A stretch of DNA of 64,000 nucleotides from Octopus bimaculoides (Eukaryota). Shown here piece after piece: positions 12,538 to 27,074 of the stretch. How positions within the stretch are numbered: position 1 is the first letter of the stretch; each line of letters starts with the position of its first letter. Made by a program: the position numbers and the translations under genes. Below the pieces are notes generated by a model. The model searched no databases and was not told the origin of the DNA. It saw nothing but the letters and a program-made list of their open reading frames with translations. Where the stretch lies: the NCBI RefSeq assembly GCF_001194135.2, contig NC_068986.1, forward strand, positions 77,977,351-78,041,350, given 5' to 3'.

Positions 12538-14148
12538 CTGCAAATGAGAAGAAAAAAAGGCAAAAATGAGAAAAATGAGAAAAGAAAATAATAAATAAAT
12601 GAATAAATGAATAAACGAAGGCAAGCAGAAAGACATTTATTTTTCATAAAATTATCTTGGAACATGTGAATTTAATTGGAAATTTTGAAATTTTGAATCA
12701 ATATTAAAATATTTAAAGCAAGATACACTTTAAGAACAATATATTAACAATTAATGAATATTTGTATTGAAGGAAAACACACCAACTGTCTATTTTTCAC
12801 AAGAGGATTCTCAACTGGCAAGTAACAAGGAAAAATGAGGAAATGCCTATAGGGTTTTTACATAAGAATGGCAAATGGTTTTCATAAAATATGTCCAGTA
12901 TTGTTCCAATAATTATCCAGAATATGGAACTGTACTGGTATTGAGCAACATGTAGGTGGGTTAGGATTACAGAAGCCATCATCATTTAATGTCTGTTAAA
13001 TGTTTAGAAATGAATAGAAATCATAAATCCCCTGCAGGATAGATATCCTTATTGTTCAACTGCTGAAGCACCAAACTTTAGATCGTGTTTCACTGAGTCC
13101 AAATTTTGTCAAAGATGTCATTGCTGTCTGTTAATATTTGCACAATTAACTTAATCAACTTAGATAACCTAATCAACTTTGATTTTTTTCAAACTAAGAG
13201 TTTCCTGTTGCACACTTGGTAATAGTTGATATCTGGATATTGAGAAATAAAAAAAACAAAACAATCTGAGAAAATGGCTATGGTATACAAGACTTGTGAG
13301 AAAGGGGTCTAGCTAGTTCATTGATTTTGGGGTCCATGATTATCTGACATGTTCTTACACTTCCTTTACCCCCCTCTATAAAAATAAAAAGTAAAAAAAT
13401 TCCAAGTTCTTCTTGAATAATAAGAACTTATTTCATTGAACCTGAAAGGATGAAGGGCAAAGTTGACCTCAGCAGAATTTGAATCCAGAATGTAATGACA
13501 GGTGAAATGTTGCTAAGCATTTCTCCCGATGTGCTAACGATTCTGCCAGCTCACCAGCCTAAGATTAACGATTTTTTAATGGGAGAGAGCAAATCGATTA
13601 TATAATCTCAGTCCAAACTTATTTTTTCAATCCTGGAAAGGATGGCAAGCAAAGTCAGCTTCAATGGATTTGAGCTCAGAATGTAAAGAGCCAAAACAAA
13701 TACCCCAAAGCAGTTTTTCCAAGGCTTGAATGCTTCTATCATTCCACTTCTTTAAGGCAAATATCATAAGGCATTTTGTTTGACAATAATAACGATGACT
13801 AAGACAGTGATAATTGTGAAGAAGAAAAAGATAAAGAACAATAGAAAAGAAAAACTTGATTGAACTCCGAAACAAAACCTAAGAAAATAAAGAATTAAGA
13901 GAAGTGAAAAATAAAAAATAAAACCTAAAAAGTATAATGGTAATGTTGATGATAATAAAAGTAACAACAACAGCAACAACAATAATGATAATAATAATAA
14001 TTAATGAGAAATTGAAGAAATAGTTTTTTCAGATTAACTGCCACTACAAAGTTTCTGCAATAAATCTACGGATAGCAACAAGAAATCAAAACTGTGCCGG
14101 TGCTTTACTCATCATTTGTTTATACATTTTGTATAATTTCTCCATTAT

Positions 14149-14966
14149 NNNNNNNNNNNNNNNNNNNNNNNNNNNNNNNNNNNNNNNNNNNNNNNNNNNN
14201 NNNNNNNNNNNNNNNNNNNNNNNNNNNNNNNNNNNNNNNNNNNNNNNNNNNNNNNNNNNNNNNNNNNNNNNNNNNNNNNNNNNNNNNNNNNNNNNNNNNN
14301 NNNNNNNNNNNNNNNNNNNNNNNNNNNNNNNNNNNNNNNNNNNNNNNNNNNNNNNNNNNNNNNNNNNNNNNNNNNNNNNNNNNNNNNNNNNNNNNNNNNN
14401 NNNNNNNNNNNNNNNNNNNNNNNNNNNNNNNNNNNNNNNNNNNNNNNNNNNNNNNNNNNNNNNNNNNNNNNNNNNNNNNNNNNNNNNNNNNNNNNNNNNN
14501 NNNNNNNNNNNNNNNNNNNNNNNNNNNNNNNNNNNNNNNNNNNNNNNNNNNNNNNNNNNNNNNNNNNNNNNNNNNNNNNNNNNNNNNNNNNNNNNNNNNN
14601 NNNNNNNNNNNNNNNNNNNNNNNNNNNNNNNNNNNNNNNNNNNNNNNNNNNNNNNNNNNNNNNNNNNNNNNNNNNNNNNNNNNNNNNNNNNNNNNNNNNN
14701 NNNNNNNNNNNNNNNNNNNNNNNNNNNNNNNNNNNNNNNNNNNNNNNNNNNNNNNNNNNNNNNNNNNNNNNNNNNNNNNNNNNNNNNNNNNNNNNNNNNN
14801 NNNNNNNNNNNNNNNNNNNNNNNNNNNNNNNNNNNNNNNNNNNNNNNNNNNNNNNNNNNNNNNNNNNNNNNNNNNNNNNNNNNNNNNNNNNNNNNNNNNN
14901 NNNNNNNNNNNNNNNNNNNNNNNNNNNNNNNNNNNNNNNNNNNNNNNNNNNNNNNNNNNNNNNNNN
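14149..14966. other. Largest assembly gap
   Basis: N run. Other gaps: 3899-3908, 25109-25460, 28840-28946, 36006-36015, 41945-42083, 47900-48254 and 63193-63369, mostly flanked by (TA)n. Confidence 1.
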
Positions 14967-15276
14967 ACGTCATGTACCCAGTTATGTATCTATATGTACA
15001 TGTAGATGAACGTATATGCATACACGTACATATATATGCATATACTCATATATTGTTTATATATATATGTATATATGATTGTCTGTGTGCATGTGTGTGA
15101 AAAAGTATGTTTATATATGTGTGTGTGTATGCCTGTGTATACTTATGTGTGCTTCTGTGTATGTGTGTGAATCTTGCAGCTTGTTATCTTGTCTTTAGCA
15201 ACAGTTTTTAGGAACGTCTTATGCAAAAATATTATATCACCATTATGATATATTGATATTATTATTAACTGTGCTG

Positions 15277-15330
<54 letters not shown>

Positions 15331-15689
15331 CTGGTGGTGCCTATGCTTGAAGTAATATTAATAGTATTGGTAGTAGCAATATTATTAATGTTATTAATAG
15401 TATTATTGTATCACTGATGAAGAGTGTAGGTGACAAAAAAAAAAAAATTATTATTATCAGTCAGATGTTCATTGCAGCAGAACTAAGTATATAAGAGATT
15501 CTTTGAACGTTTGTATTAAAAGAAGAACCATTCACAGACTATTTTATTTACCGTTTTCTTGCCTACCACCATCTCCACCACTACATTCAGCACTGCTATT
15601 TACTATTTATTTACTTTTCCTCAATTGTTTTTTTTTCTTTCTTATGATAACTTTCATTACAACTTTGTCTTCCAAATTGAAGATGAATA

Positions 15690-16400
15690 ATAAAGATGAC
15701 AATCATTGTGCTGATGATGATGATGATGATGATGATAATGATGATGATGATGATAATGTTGGTGATGAGGGTGATGAGGGTGATGATGATGATAGTGATA
15801 ATTGTGATGATGATAACGATAATGATGGTGATGATAACGATGACAGCAATCATTGTGATGACGATGATGACGATGATGACGATGATGATGATGATAAGGA
15901 TCATTGAGACAGTGATAATGATAATGATAATGGGTGTGATGACGATTATGGTGATGATGATGATGTTGGTGATGAGGGTGATGATGATCATAGTGATAAT
16001 TGTAATGATAATGATAATGATGGTGATGATAACGATGACAGCAATCATTGTAATGAGGATGATGATGATGATGATGAGGATGAGGATGATGATGATGAGA
16101 ATGATGATGATGATGTTGGTGATGAGGGTGATGATGACAGTGATAATTGTGACGATAACAATGATAATGATGCTGACAATAACGATGACAGCAATCGTTG
16201 TGATGATGACGGTAAGGGTCATTAGGACAATGATGATGATGATGATGATGATATTAATGACAGTAATGAGGATGGTAATCAGTGATGGTGATATGATAAT
16301 GATTATTGTGATGACAATGATGATAATAATGAATCATTCACTGAAGATATCAAGGATAAAATGATTATGATGGTGGTTATTATTGTGACGATGATGATGA
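15690..16400. repeat. (GAT)n-derived composite repeat with a higher-order unit of about 100 nt
   Basis: gatgttggtgatgagggtgatgat...gatgacagcaatcattgt recurs at about 15755, 15960 and 16110. Confidence 0.85.
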
Positions 16401-16636
16401 CATTGAAGAAATGGATGTATAAGAGTCCTTTTTTTTTTCATTTTTTGTTCTACACTTTATATAATGCATCAGCATGTCTTTCGACAGTTTCAGGATAAGA
16501 TCTGCTTGTCTAGAAGACATTGCTGGCACCTCACTCTACCCAGCTTCACTTCTGGTATAAAGAATGTTGTGAATGGACCCTGCCCCATGATTCTACTCAA
16601 AGCACAACATAGATGATTCAGAGAAAGAGAAAGAAA

Positions 16637-16716
<80 letters not shown>

Positions 16717-17549
16717 GAGAGAGAGAGTGAGAGAGAGAGAACAGAATCTATTCATATACCTGACAAGAACTTTATTAATTGTCTCCAGAAGGTTGGAAAA
16801 TGAAGGATTTAGCAGGATTTGAACCCAAAGGGAAGAGAACTGGAATAAATATTGCAAAGCATTCTAACCAACAATCAAATGATTTTACCAATTTGCTGCA
16901 TATGTATAACAGGAGGCCAAAGCAAAAATTACAGAATTAAACATTATGACATAAGAACTAATTATTCTTTCAAAGGTTTACAACACATCTCAATACTCTA
17001 AATAATAATGATCAAATGGTAAACTGGTGCAGCACAAGGTATATCTCTGTGTTACAGATTTTTATAAATATAATTTGGTGTTGGGAAGGGCATCCAGCTG
17101 TAAAAACCCTGCCAAAACAGACTGAAACCTGATGCAGTCTTCTGCTTAGCCAGCTCCTGTCAAACGGTCCAACTCATGCCAGAATAGAAAACGGACATTA
17201 AATGATGGTGATGATAATGATGATGATGATGATAATGATGATGATAATGATGGTGATGAATTTAAGGTTTTAGAAAATCCATATGAATTCTTGACTATCT
17301 TGAACAAGGTGTTATTCATAATTTCATTAGATGACAAGCATGAGACATGACTATATGTTTAGGAAGTTTGCTTTTCAACCACATGGTTCAGTTACACTGC
17401 ATGGCACCTTGACCAAATGTCTTTTGCTAGAGCTCTGGGCTGACCAAAGTCTTGCTTGTGGATTTAGTAGACAGAAACTGAATGAAGTTCACTCTATACA
17501 CACACAGACACACACACATACAAAACTTGTAAGACATTATCTTGATTTA

Positions 17550-17700
17550 AAAGACATATGCTAGTCCGCAAAACCATTCCTTCAGAATCAGATTCCAAAG
17601 GGCGAAGATGTAGAAGAAACTTAAATAATATCTGTCGCTTGTGTTTTAAACCCTGTCAGTCAGCATCTGGTCTTAAAAGTCATCCGATGACTCATCAATG
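17550..17700 (+). mobile_element. RTE-type C-terminal relic with one C2H2-like finger
   Basis: NICRLCFKPCQSASGLKSHPMTH resembles the RTE ORF-end motif CxxCxRxxxSxxGLxSHxxxH. Confidence 0.5.
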
Positions 17701-17778
17701 GAGGGATTGTGCTATGATGGGGTGTGGTGTGTGTGTTGATGGGATAGCTGTCATGTGCCCAGATGAAGCAATCATCAA

Positions 17779-17838
<60 letters not shown>

Positions 17839-20460
17839 CTTAAACAAGCTTATTGTTGACAGTGATGTTGAAGTTTTGTCCAGCTAAGCCATCATCAGAC
17901 TCTGATGCATTATAGTTAGTCTTGACTTTATATAGTCTCTGCTGTATTAAAATCTTCCTTGGGTGTGTGAGTTTGAGTGGGACAATAATTAGGTTTTTAT
18001 GCCTGGTTATTATGGAGAAGCTTCGAAGTCACTGTCAACATCATTCTTGTTTAAGAATAACAAATTTGTACTCGACAAAAGTATAGAGTAACTCAGCAGA
18101 TAAATGTAAAATTAATCTTATTATAACTATAACTGGACATAAAAGCAAACAATATGTATATACATATGTGTATGTGTGTGTGTGTGTGTATACACACACA
18201 CATACATGCATTCATACACACACACATGTATAGCTATGAATAAGTATTTCTATGTATATATGCATGTATCTTTCTGTTTCCTTGTTTTGACATCACTTGA
18301 GAGTTGTAAATGAATGTCACTACCGTACAATGTCTTTTGTTTCCAATCTTCCATGAAAATATGATCAGCGAGATGGAAATAGTACCCTGCTTGGAAACAA
18401 GTGATGTTTAGTGACAGGAAGAACACCCAGTTATAGAAAGTCTGCCTCAATGAGTTCTGTCTGACCCATGCAATCATAGAAAAAATTGAATGTTATATTG
18501 ACATCAACAATGATGATGATCGATAAAACAGAGCAAGAAGCAATTCTTTAAAAAATAATTTTTCAATTTTTAACATTAAGCAGACTTTCTTGTAAAAATT
18601 TTAGATGAGCAGTGCACCAGAATTTTTTTTACTTTCCATGTGAAGTGCACTAGTAATCTTTAATTTCCCTCATAAAGTGCAACCAGCAATATCTTTAATT
18701 GATTTTAGTGCACCAAAAATTGAAAAAGAAATTTTGAAACACAGGTGTAGAGTTTTCAATAATGAATTACAGTAATAATCTACTTATTAAGTAAAAAGAA
18801 ATGTTAAATGAGTGAGAGTATGTAAATAATAATAAAGAAAATAACAAGAAAATTTAGTGCCAGCCCAACACTAGCATTCAGATATTACATTCACCATAAT
18901 CACAAGCAAGTAAAGGATTTCTGTAATTAGAATATTGTCATCAAATAACTACAGTAAAAATTACAAAGTATCTAATAGAAAATATTGAAGAATTAACAAA
19001 GAAAAATATTAAACACCAAAAAAACAAAATAAAGCTTTCAATCTTCAGAGAAGACATCAGGTGTAAACACACAAGCACTGAAGTAGAAGACAGTCATGAA
19101 ATATAGCGAAATACTGAATTGTGAAGGAAAAATATTAACAAAACTAACAAGCAAATGGCAATATTCCATGATAAAGAGAGAACTGGAAAATTTTTGTAAG
19201 GAATGGTTTATTATTCATTGCAGCTGAGCAGAGTAAAATTAGATTAAGAAATGACACAATACAGGGTGAAAAAATATCCTCTCATCAGAAATAACCAAGA
19301 GTAATTGTAGAATTCTTATGTTTGAGACATGTATTCATTTGAGTGGTATTTTCTACTAATTCAGCCCAAGTCTAGACAGAATAAAAATGAATAATTATAG
19401 GTGCAGGTATGGCTGGGTGGTTAAGAAACTTGCTTTGCAACAACATCGTTTTGAGTTCAGTCCCATTGTGTGGCCTGGGTTGAGGAATGAGTAAATTTGG
19501 TAGATGGAAACCAATCACACACACACACACACACACACACGAAATAGGCAATTACAATACAGGCCGAAAGAGATTGAAACAGACGAAAGAGTAACTGAGG
19601 AATTTGATGAGATAATTTGTCCTATATCACAATGACAGTTCAATACACTAATACAGGTTGTATATAATAATGTCTAGTTCTCTATGATGAGGCTAATGAA
19701 ACAACTGTAAACTAAATAAAGGCAGTTAGCTAACTCCATTCTTTGATGTTCTTTTATTATATATATTCTATGGATGTTTTTTGTGGATTTTCAGATTACT
19801 GGTGCAAGAGCTTCCTAGGGAGTCCCCACCTTTCAATTTTCAGATAACCACCATCTGTGCAAGTACTTCATAAAGTAAATGCTAAGATTACTCATCCCAA
19901 TTCACTTACTTTTCACACATAAATACACAAATATATATATGTGTGTGTATGAATGAGTGTGTGTGTGTGTATGTAGATGTGCACATGAACGTGCATGCAT
20001 AACCTCCTATGCTTTTGTTACCACAGATGGTAAAATGTTTACATTCCAACCAGTAGTTGGGTGCTTTCTACATTGGTGTGTTAGTCATACTGTAGAATTT
20101 CCTATGCAAGAACAAACCTTTTGTCTATCACATAAAATTAAAAGGTCTATGAAAACAACAAGGCAAATGTACTTTGGGACCAATCTCTTGACACTGTCTT
20201 GTTGGGGAGAAAATAAAGAAAAACCTCGCTAGGTGTCATACACAATGGCAATCAAACAAAAATGCTTTCTGATATAAATTTTAATATCAAAATATGTCTA
20301 TCAAAAAGAACTTTTAGATATTTATCTGAATCAGAATCTAAATATATGTTTCCAGAATGTGGCAAATGAAAACAGAGGCTACATAATAATTGTTGAACTG
20401 TGACTAATATAAATGCAAGTGCTAGGAAGGAATACTTATGTGTGTGTATACATACATACA

Positions 20461-20492
<32 letters not shown>

Positions 20493-22593
20493 CACACGTG
20501 TGTGTGTGTGTGTGTGTGTGTGCATAAGGGGGAAAGAGTGCACAAGAGAGAGAGAGAGAGAACATATAACTGGCCAGGAAATATATTTTGTATATGTCTG
20601 TGTGTGTATATATATATATATGTATATAAATATACACAAATGTTTATACACACACCCACACTCACCCACATATATATATATACACTTACATACACACACA
20701 TACATATAGATACATACTTATATATGTGTGTGTGTGTGTCTGTGTGTGTGTGAGTGTGTTTATATCTAGCCAGAAGGCTACCTATAAGGTATGGATGATT
20801 GATTTAGCTTATCGCAGAGAGAAAAATCACTTAATTCATACACCATACAATAAATGAAACTGGAAAAAGTAAAAGCTACTATCAAAATTGAAAATCACTG
20901 GAAAAAAAAAGGTAAAATTTGAAGATTGCGCCAGTTGGGATGTTTTTATTTAGTCCCAGATCATATCTGACTGAGCAAACCTTTTACCAATGGCATTTGT
21001 GCCATGACCATCCTGTATAGAGGCTCCATATAATTTGGTGCAGTGATTTTCAGCCTTTTCAGTCTTGTTATTACAATAAAAGATTTTCTATTGAGTTTGC
21101 AAGATTCTTTAATGTGAACTCATTTGTTGAAACAAATTTTGTTGTAACTTGGGAGGGTCATTATGCCAATAATGAACACATGCATTGATTCTATTTCACT
21201 TCTTTTTATATCATTATTAGTCAGTTAGTTTATGGTGACAAGATGACACATCAGTTAACATGCCGAAATGCTTAGTGGCATTTCATCAGATATTATGCTC
21301 TGAGTTGAAATTCCACCAAAGGGAACTTTGCTTCTCATCCTTTCAAGGTTGATAAAATAAGTACCAGTCAAGTAATGGAGTCGATGTAAATGCCTTCCCC
21401 TTCCCCTCAAAAACTGCTGGCCTTGTGCCAAAATTTGAAATCACTGTTAGTCAATTAGTTTACCATTTAATCAATTAACTAATCAAATGTTTGATTAATA
21501 GTTTCGTCAATCATGGTCAATCAATCCAGGTCTGAAGTAGATAGGATGTATAATTGATGAAGTTGTGAATAGCAATGAAAGGACTCTGAGAAACCTAATT
21601 GATTTATTAAGTGCCCAAATGACTAATCAAAAAATCGATTAGTCAAATGGTTAAATGACTAATAATAATAAAAACTGACTAACTACTAAATGACTAATGA
21701 TAATAAAAAAAAAAACTGGAATAAAATCAGTATGTGTATTTATTATTGACATAATGACCCTTCCCAGGTACAATACAAGTATTTTATCAAATAAAAACAA
21801 GTTGGAAATGTTTCAAAATAGAGATGGTTGCATGTCACGTTTTGTGGCAAAAAAGGAAAAGACATGCTAAAGTGTATCCTGGCACTTTTAATTTGCCTCA
21901 GAAATTGTGGCACAATTGCAGATCATATTAGGCACACAAGTGTGCCATGAATCAGTGGTTGAAAATCGTATAATTAGTTATGACCTTTGCTGTGCCAATT
22001 GTGATTGATTCGTTAGGTGGTGAAACAACTGAAGTTAAAATACCAATGAGACAAGTTAATCAAATTGAAGAATGTAACTAGAGAAATATATACACAGATG
22101 CAGTAAACTGTACTATTATCATTTTAATATTCATTTTACCATGCTCACATAGGTAGATAGAGTTCATTGAGGAAAATTTTCTACAGCTGGGATGCTCTTC
22201 CTGTCACCAACTCATTTCTAAGTTAGGTGATATTTCTCCATAGCCAGAAATGTTTCCATGGTAGATTGCTTATATGATTTGGACACTTGTTTACATCTAT
22301 AATGTCATGTTCAAACAAGGAGACAAGAGCACACTCATTTACCTTCACATGCACACCTATATAAATATATACTTGCCTTAGTATCCATAATTCAGAAAAA
22401 TACATTCTCTTACCATATTTGTCAATATAGTAGATATTATAGATAAATTTAATACTGCATATGTTAATTAACACACATACACACACACACACACACATAT
22501 ATGTATGTATAAATATATACGTTTATTACAACTGAAAAAATCTTGACAAACTGTTAGTCAGAGTTCCACATTACTGCTTATCCAACAGCTGTG

Positions 22594-22637
<44 letters not shown>

Positions 22638-22639
<2 letters not shown>

Positions 22640-23007
22640 CACAGAAGTGGCTGTGTGCTAAGAAGCTTGCTTCCCGACCACATAGTTCCGGGTTCAGTCT
22701 CACTGTGTGGCACCTTGGGCAAGTGTCTTCTACTAAAGCCTTGGGCTGACCAAAGCCTTGTGAGTGGATTTGGTAGATAGAAACTGAAAGAAGCCCTTCG
22801 TATATATATGTATAGATGCTTATGTGTGTGTGTCTTTGTGTCTGTGCTTGTCCACCACCATCGCTTCATAACTGATGATGGTCTGTTCACATCTCCGTAA
22901 CTTAGTGGTTTGGCAAAAGAGACTGATGACCAATAAAATAAGTACTAGGCTTAATTTGTTCAATTAAAGGTGGTGCTTCAGCATGGCCACAGTCAAATGA
23001 CTGAAAC
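22638..23007 (+). mobile_element. Family A SINE
   Basis: Colinear with 56858-57267. Confidence 0.85.
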
Positions 23008-24692
23008 CAGGCTCCATTATCTGTTCTGGCTTGTTCTTTATGGCAGGATGCCCTTCCTAGCATCAACCACTCCACAGAATGTACTTGGTGCTTTTTTTGT
23101 GAAACCAGCACCAGTGCTTTTTATGTGGTATCAGCACCAGTAGGAAATCTGCTGTGGCATATTGGTCTTCTTGACACACACACATGCAACAGGATTCCAT
23201 GCTGTTTCCAACCTCCAAATTCACTCACAAGGCATTTGTCAGCCTGGAGCTATAGAAAAAAACCAATTGCTCAAGGCACCACACACTAGGACTGAACTAA
23301 AAGCTATGTGGTTGTGAAGCAAGCTCCTTAAGCATACAGCCACATCTGCACTTTTATTTTGTCAATGTCTGAGGGATGTAAAGCTAAGCTGGTTTTGATA
23401 GAATTTGAACTCAGAAGCTAATGAACCAGAAGGAAAACTGAAAGGCATTTTTTTAACACTTTAATGATTCTGCCTATACGGCATCACAGAGATACAACTT
23501 AAAACCCAGCTATTAAGAAGGGCTAAAGTAAAATAGACTGAGTTACATTCTTAATGTGTTCTTAGCAGCAAGTTCAATTAATAAATTACTGTGGCATTAT
23601 CAATGTTTTGTTTCCAGCACTGTACAGTATTACAGAAGATATCTTTAGACTGTTATCTTGTGGTACAATAATAACATTAAAACAAATGATTATTAACACA
23701 TGAGTAATTATTTCTCTGAGAAAGTCTTATGATATTCTTCAGCTTTACATTATTACAATCATTGTTATTTCTATGAATCATAAAGAAGAAATATCTGTGA
23801 TTTGAGTTGTATATAATCCATCTAATTAATAATTTAAAATTCATTTCTTTGAAACCATTCAACATCAAAAAGACTGTGTCAGTCCAGAAGTGAAATGGCT
23901 TCTTTTAGGGACCTTAAGTATTATTTAGTTCTGAATTATTAATGTGTTGTAAATATATTCTGTAAATGGGGTGAACTATATTTTATATCATGGTGTCAGT
24001 GCAATATCACACAAATGGCTTTACTTGAGGGGTGAATTTATTGATTTTAATTTTCATCAGGCGATTAGTGTTTAGTATGATATATGCACACACACACACA
24101 CACATACATAGGAGTGGCCGTGTGTTAAGAAGCTTGCTTGCCAGTCACATGGCCCTGGGTTCAGTCCCATTGTGTGGCACCTTGGGCAAGTGTCTCGTGA
24201 GTAGATTTGGTTGACGGAAACTGAAAGAAGCCCATCATATATGTATATATTATGTGTGTGTGTCTTTGTGTTTGTGTTTGTCTCCCACCATTGCTTAGCA
24301 ACATATGTTGGTGTGTTTATGTCCCCCCATAACTTAGCAGTTCAGTAAAATAGACTAATAGAATGCCCTTCATTCAGTTCCTGCCTACCAGCTTCACTCA
24401 CATGGTTTTGGCTGGCCTGGGATTGTAGTAGAAAACACTTGCCAAAGGTGTCATGCAGTGATATTGAACCCAGAACCATGTGGCTAGAAAGCAAACTTCT
24501 TACCACACAGCCATGCTGAAGAGACAATGGCTTCACAGATTCAGCTAGCCTGCTCAAACTGACCTCAATTCTTACAAAAATTTAATGAACATGCACTCAA
24601 CAGAAAAGTATTGAGTAATACCTTACTTTAATGCTACGTTGGATTTATGTATAACTTAGCATAAAAACAAGCATTTATATATATATGAAAGA

Positions 24693-25010
24693 AAGAGAGA
24701 TGACAAAGAAATAAATGATTATGTTACAAACTGCATTAGCTTACAGCTTCTGCTATAAGTTGTAATGTACACATAGTTGAGTGTTTGAATAACACCATAT
24801 AACTTCATCAGAACCTCAGATTTGAAGTGCAATTTATTTGGGAAAGCATTACATTTGTAATTCTTCCCCAAATGAATCGCACTTCACATTCGAGGGTCCG
24901 ATGAAAGTATATGGTGTTTTTCAGGCACTTAACTATGAGTACATTACAACTTATAGCTGTAAGTTAATGAAGTTCGTAACATAATCACTTATTTCTTTGT
25001 CAGCTCTTTT
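24693..25010. repeat. Long foldback palindrome (about 155 bp arms, 4 nt loop)
   Basis: 24693-24852 is the reverse complement of 24857-25010, with about 20 mismatches and one 5 nt indel counted by eye. Centre attac-attt-gtaat. Confidence 0.9.
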
Positions 25011-25480
25011 TCCTTATTACCACTCTATACTCAGCTAACATTTTATTCTGAAACATGCGTATGTTGAGTTCTGTACCAGGTTATTAGTCTCACAATACCT
25101 AAGTGCTANNNNNNNNNNNNNNNNNNNNNNNNNNNNNNNNNNNNNNNNNNNNNNNNNNNNNNNNNNNNNNNNNNNNNNNNNNNNNNNNNNNNNNNNNNNN
25201 NNNNNNNNNNNNNNNNNNNNNNNNNNNNNNNNNNNNNNNNNNNNNNNNNNNNNNNNNNNNNNNNNNNNNNNNNNNNNNNNNNNNNNNNNNNNNNNNNNNN
25301 NNNNNNNNNNNNNNNNNNNNNNNNNNNNNNNNNNNNNNNNNNNNNNNNNNNNNNNNNNNNNNNNNNNNNNNNNNNNNNNNNNNNNNNNNNNNNNNNNNNN
25401 NNNNNNNNNNNNNNNNNNNNNNNNNNNNNNNNNNNNNNNNNNNNNNNNNNNNNNNNNNNTATATATATATCATCATCATC

Positions 25481-25790
25481 ATCATCATCATCGTTTAACG
25501 TCCGCTTTCCATGCTAGCATGGGTTGGACGATTTGACTGAGGACTGGTGAAACCGGATGACAACACCAGGCTCCAGTCTAATTTGGCAGAGTTTCTACAG
25601 CTGGATGCCCTTCCTAACGCCAACCACTCAGAGAGTGTAGTGGGTGCTTTTACGTGTCACCCGGACGAAAACGGCCACGCTCGAAATGGTGTCTTTTATG
25701 TGCCACCCGCACAAGCCAGTCCAGGGGCACTGGCAACGATCTCGCTCGAAAATCCTACGGGAGCCAGTCAGGCGGTACTGGCAACGGCCA
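25481..25790 (-). mobile_element. RTE 3' UTR / RTE-tailed SINE copy with (GAT)n tail
   Basis: catcatcatcgtttaacgtccgctttccatgctagcatgggttggacg..., near-identical to 52001 onward. Shorter copies lie at 17075, 31510, 32002, 40491 and 59945. Confidence 0.8.
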
Positions 25791-25802
25791 CATATATGTA
25801 TG

Positions 25803-25833
<31 letters not shown>

Positions 25834-26796
25834 CATTGTTTTAACATCTAGTTTTCCATGGTTGCATAGGGTGGATAGAATTTGTTGAAGTAGACGTTCT
25901 AAGCCTAGATACCCTTCCTCTTCTTTTGCCAAGTATGTTAATATTTCCTCAAAGCTCAATATGTATCCATGCAAGATTTGAAAACAAAACGACACTATTC
26001 ATATTGTAATAATACTTGTTTATGCTTGCCTTTATTGAATTTACCATATTTCCCAGTATACAAATTGAATTATCCAAACTAAAATTTACAACCAAGAAAA
26101 AGAAAAAAAGGGTAGATTGACTTATACACCAAGATGACTTTGGAGAGCTAAAGATTTCATGTGAAATGCAGAAGGATTTAGTAAGACAATGATGATATAT
26201 GAATATTTACATTACATGTTTTCACTATATACTACATTGACTTGTATGCTGAAGATATGGTACAAATGCAGTGATAACTAACATTTTGTGGTATACCAAC
26301 AGTAAATTTTAAACACAGCTGGTACGTCATTGCTTCATGTATGGCAATAGTGGAATGTAAATATAATTTTGCAGTGGCAGTGAAATATAAGGCAACTGAT
26401 TGGCAGTGAATACTTGAAGTAGCATTGTCCAGTTAATCTAGCTTTCACTATCCTCAGAGAGATAGTATAAATATGATAGCATTCATGTATGTCTTTTGTA
26501 TCTAGTAAAATATTGAATTTACAAATACAGCTTCAGTTAAAATCTTGGGGTATACTCCATAATAAATTTTAGCATGAAAATAAATACTGCTGGCACATTA
26601 GTTTTAGCTCTTCGAAACGCCGGTGTTAAAACGGGGGTAGCTGATGAAAAAGAATGTTCTCTATGTGGCTTGTGTGTTTTCTCGTCTACGTTTTGTTTGC
26701 AATGTACTGTACCCAGATATGCACTTATACATACAGGTGGATGTCGGTATGCACATACCTGTACGTATATATGCATATAGTCATTTACTGTTTGTT

Positions 26797-26849
<53 letters not shown>

Positions 26850-27023
26850 TTGTATGTGTGTATGTATGTATGTATGTATCTATCTATCTATATATATATA
26901 TTATATATATATGTATATATGCATGCAAACACACACATACACATACACACACACATGCATATGTATATATGCATGTATGTATGCGTGTGCGTGTGTGTTT
27001 GTGTGCATGTGTGTGTGCATGTA

Positions 27024-27074
<51 letters not shown>

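Noticed and set aside
12114-12665. 183 aa ORF as a single CDS
   Set aside because: Only 12255-12537 is exonic. The flanks are read-through of the polypyrimidine tract and the donor-side intron.
15503-16364. Poly-Asp, poly-Met and poly-Ile ORFs as a biomineralisation-type gene
   Set aside because: All frames of a GAT repeat look like this. The Asp frame is interrupted by stops and has no signal peptide or splice support.
26608-26660. GAAAC...GTA-G-CTGATGA as a permuted (type II) hammerhead
   Set aside because: A stem III is plausible, but only one nucleotide separates the triplet from CUGAUGA (no stem I) and stem II pairs poorly.
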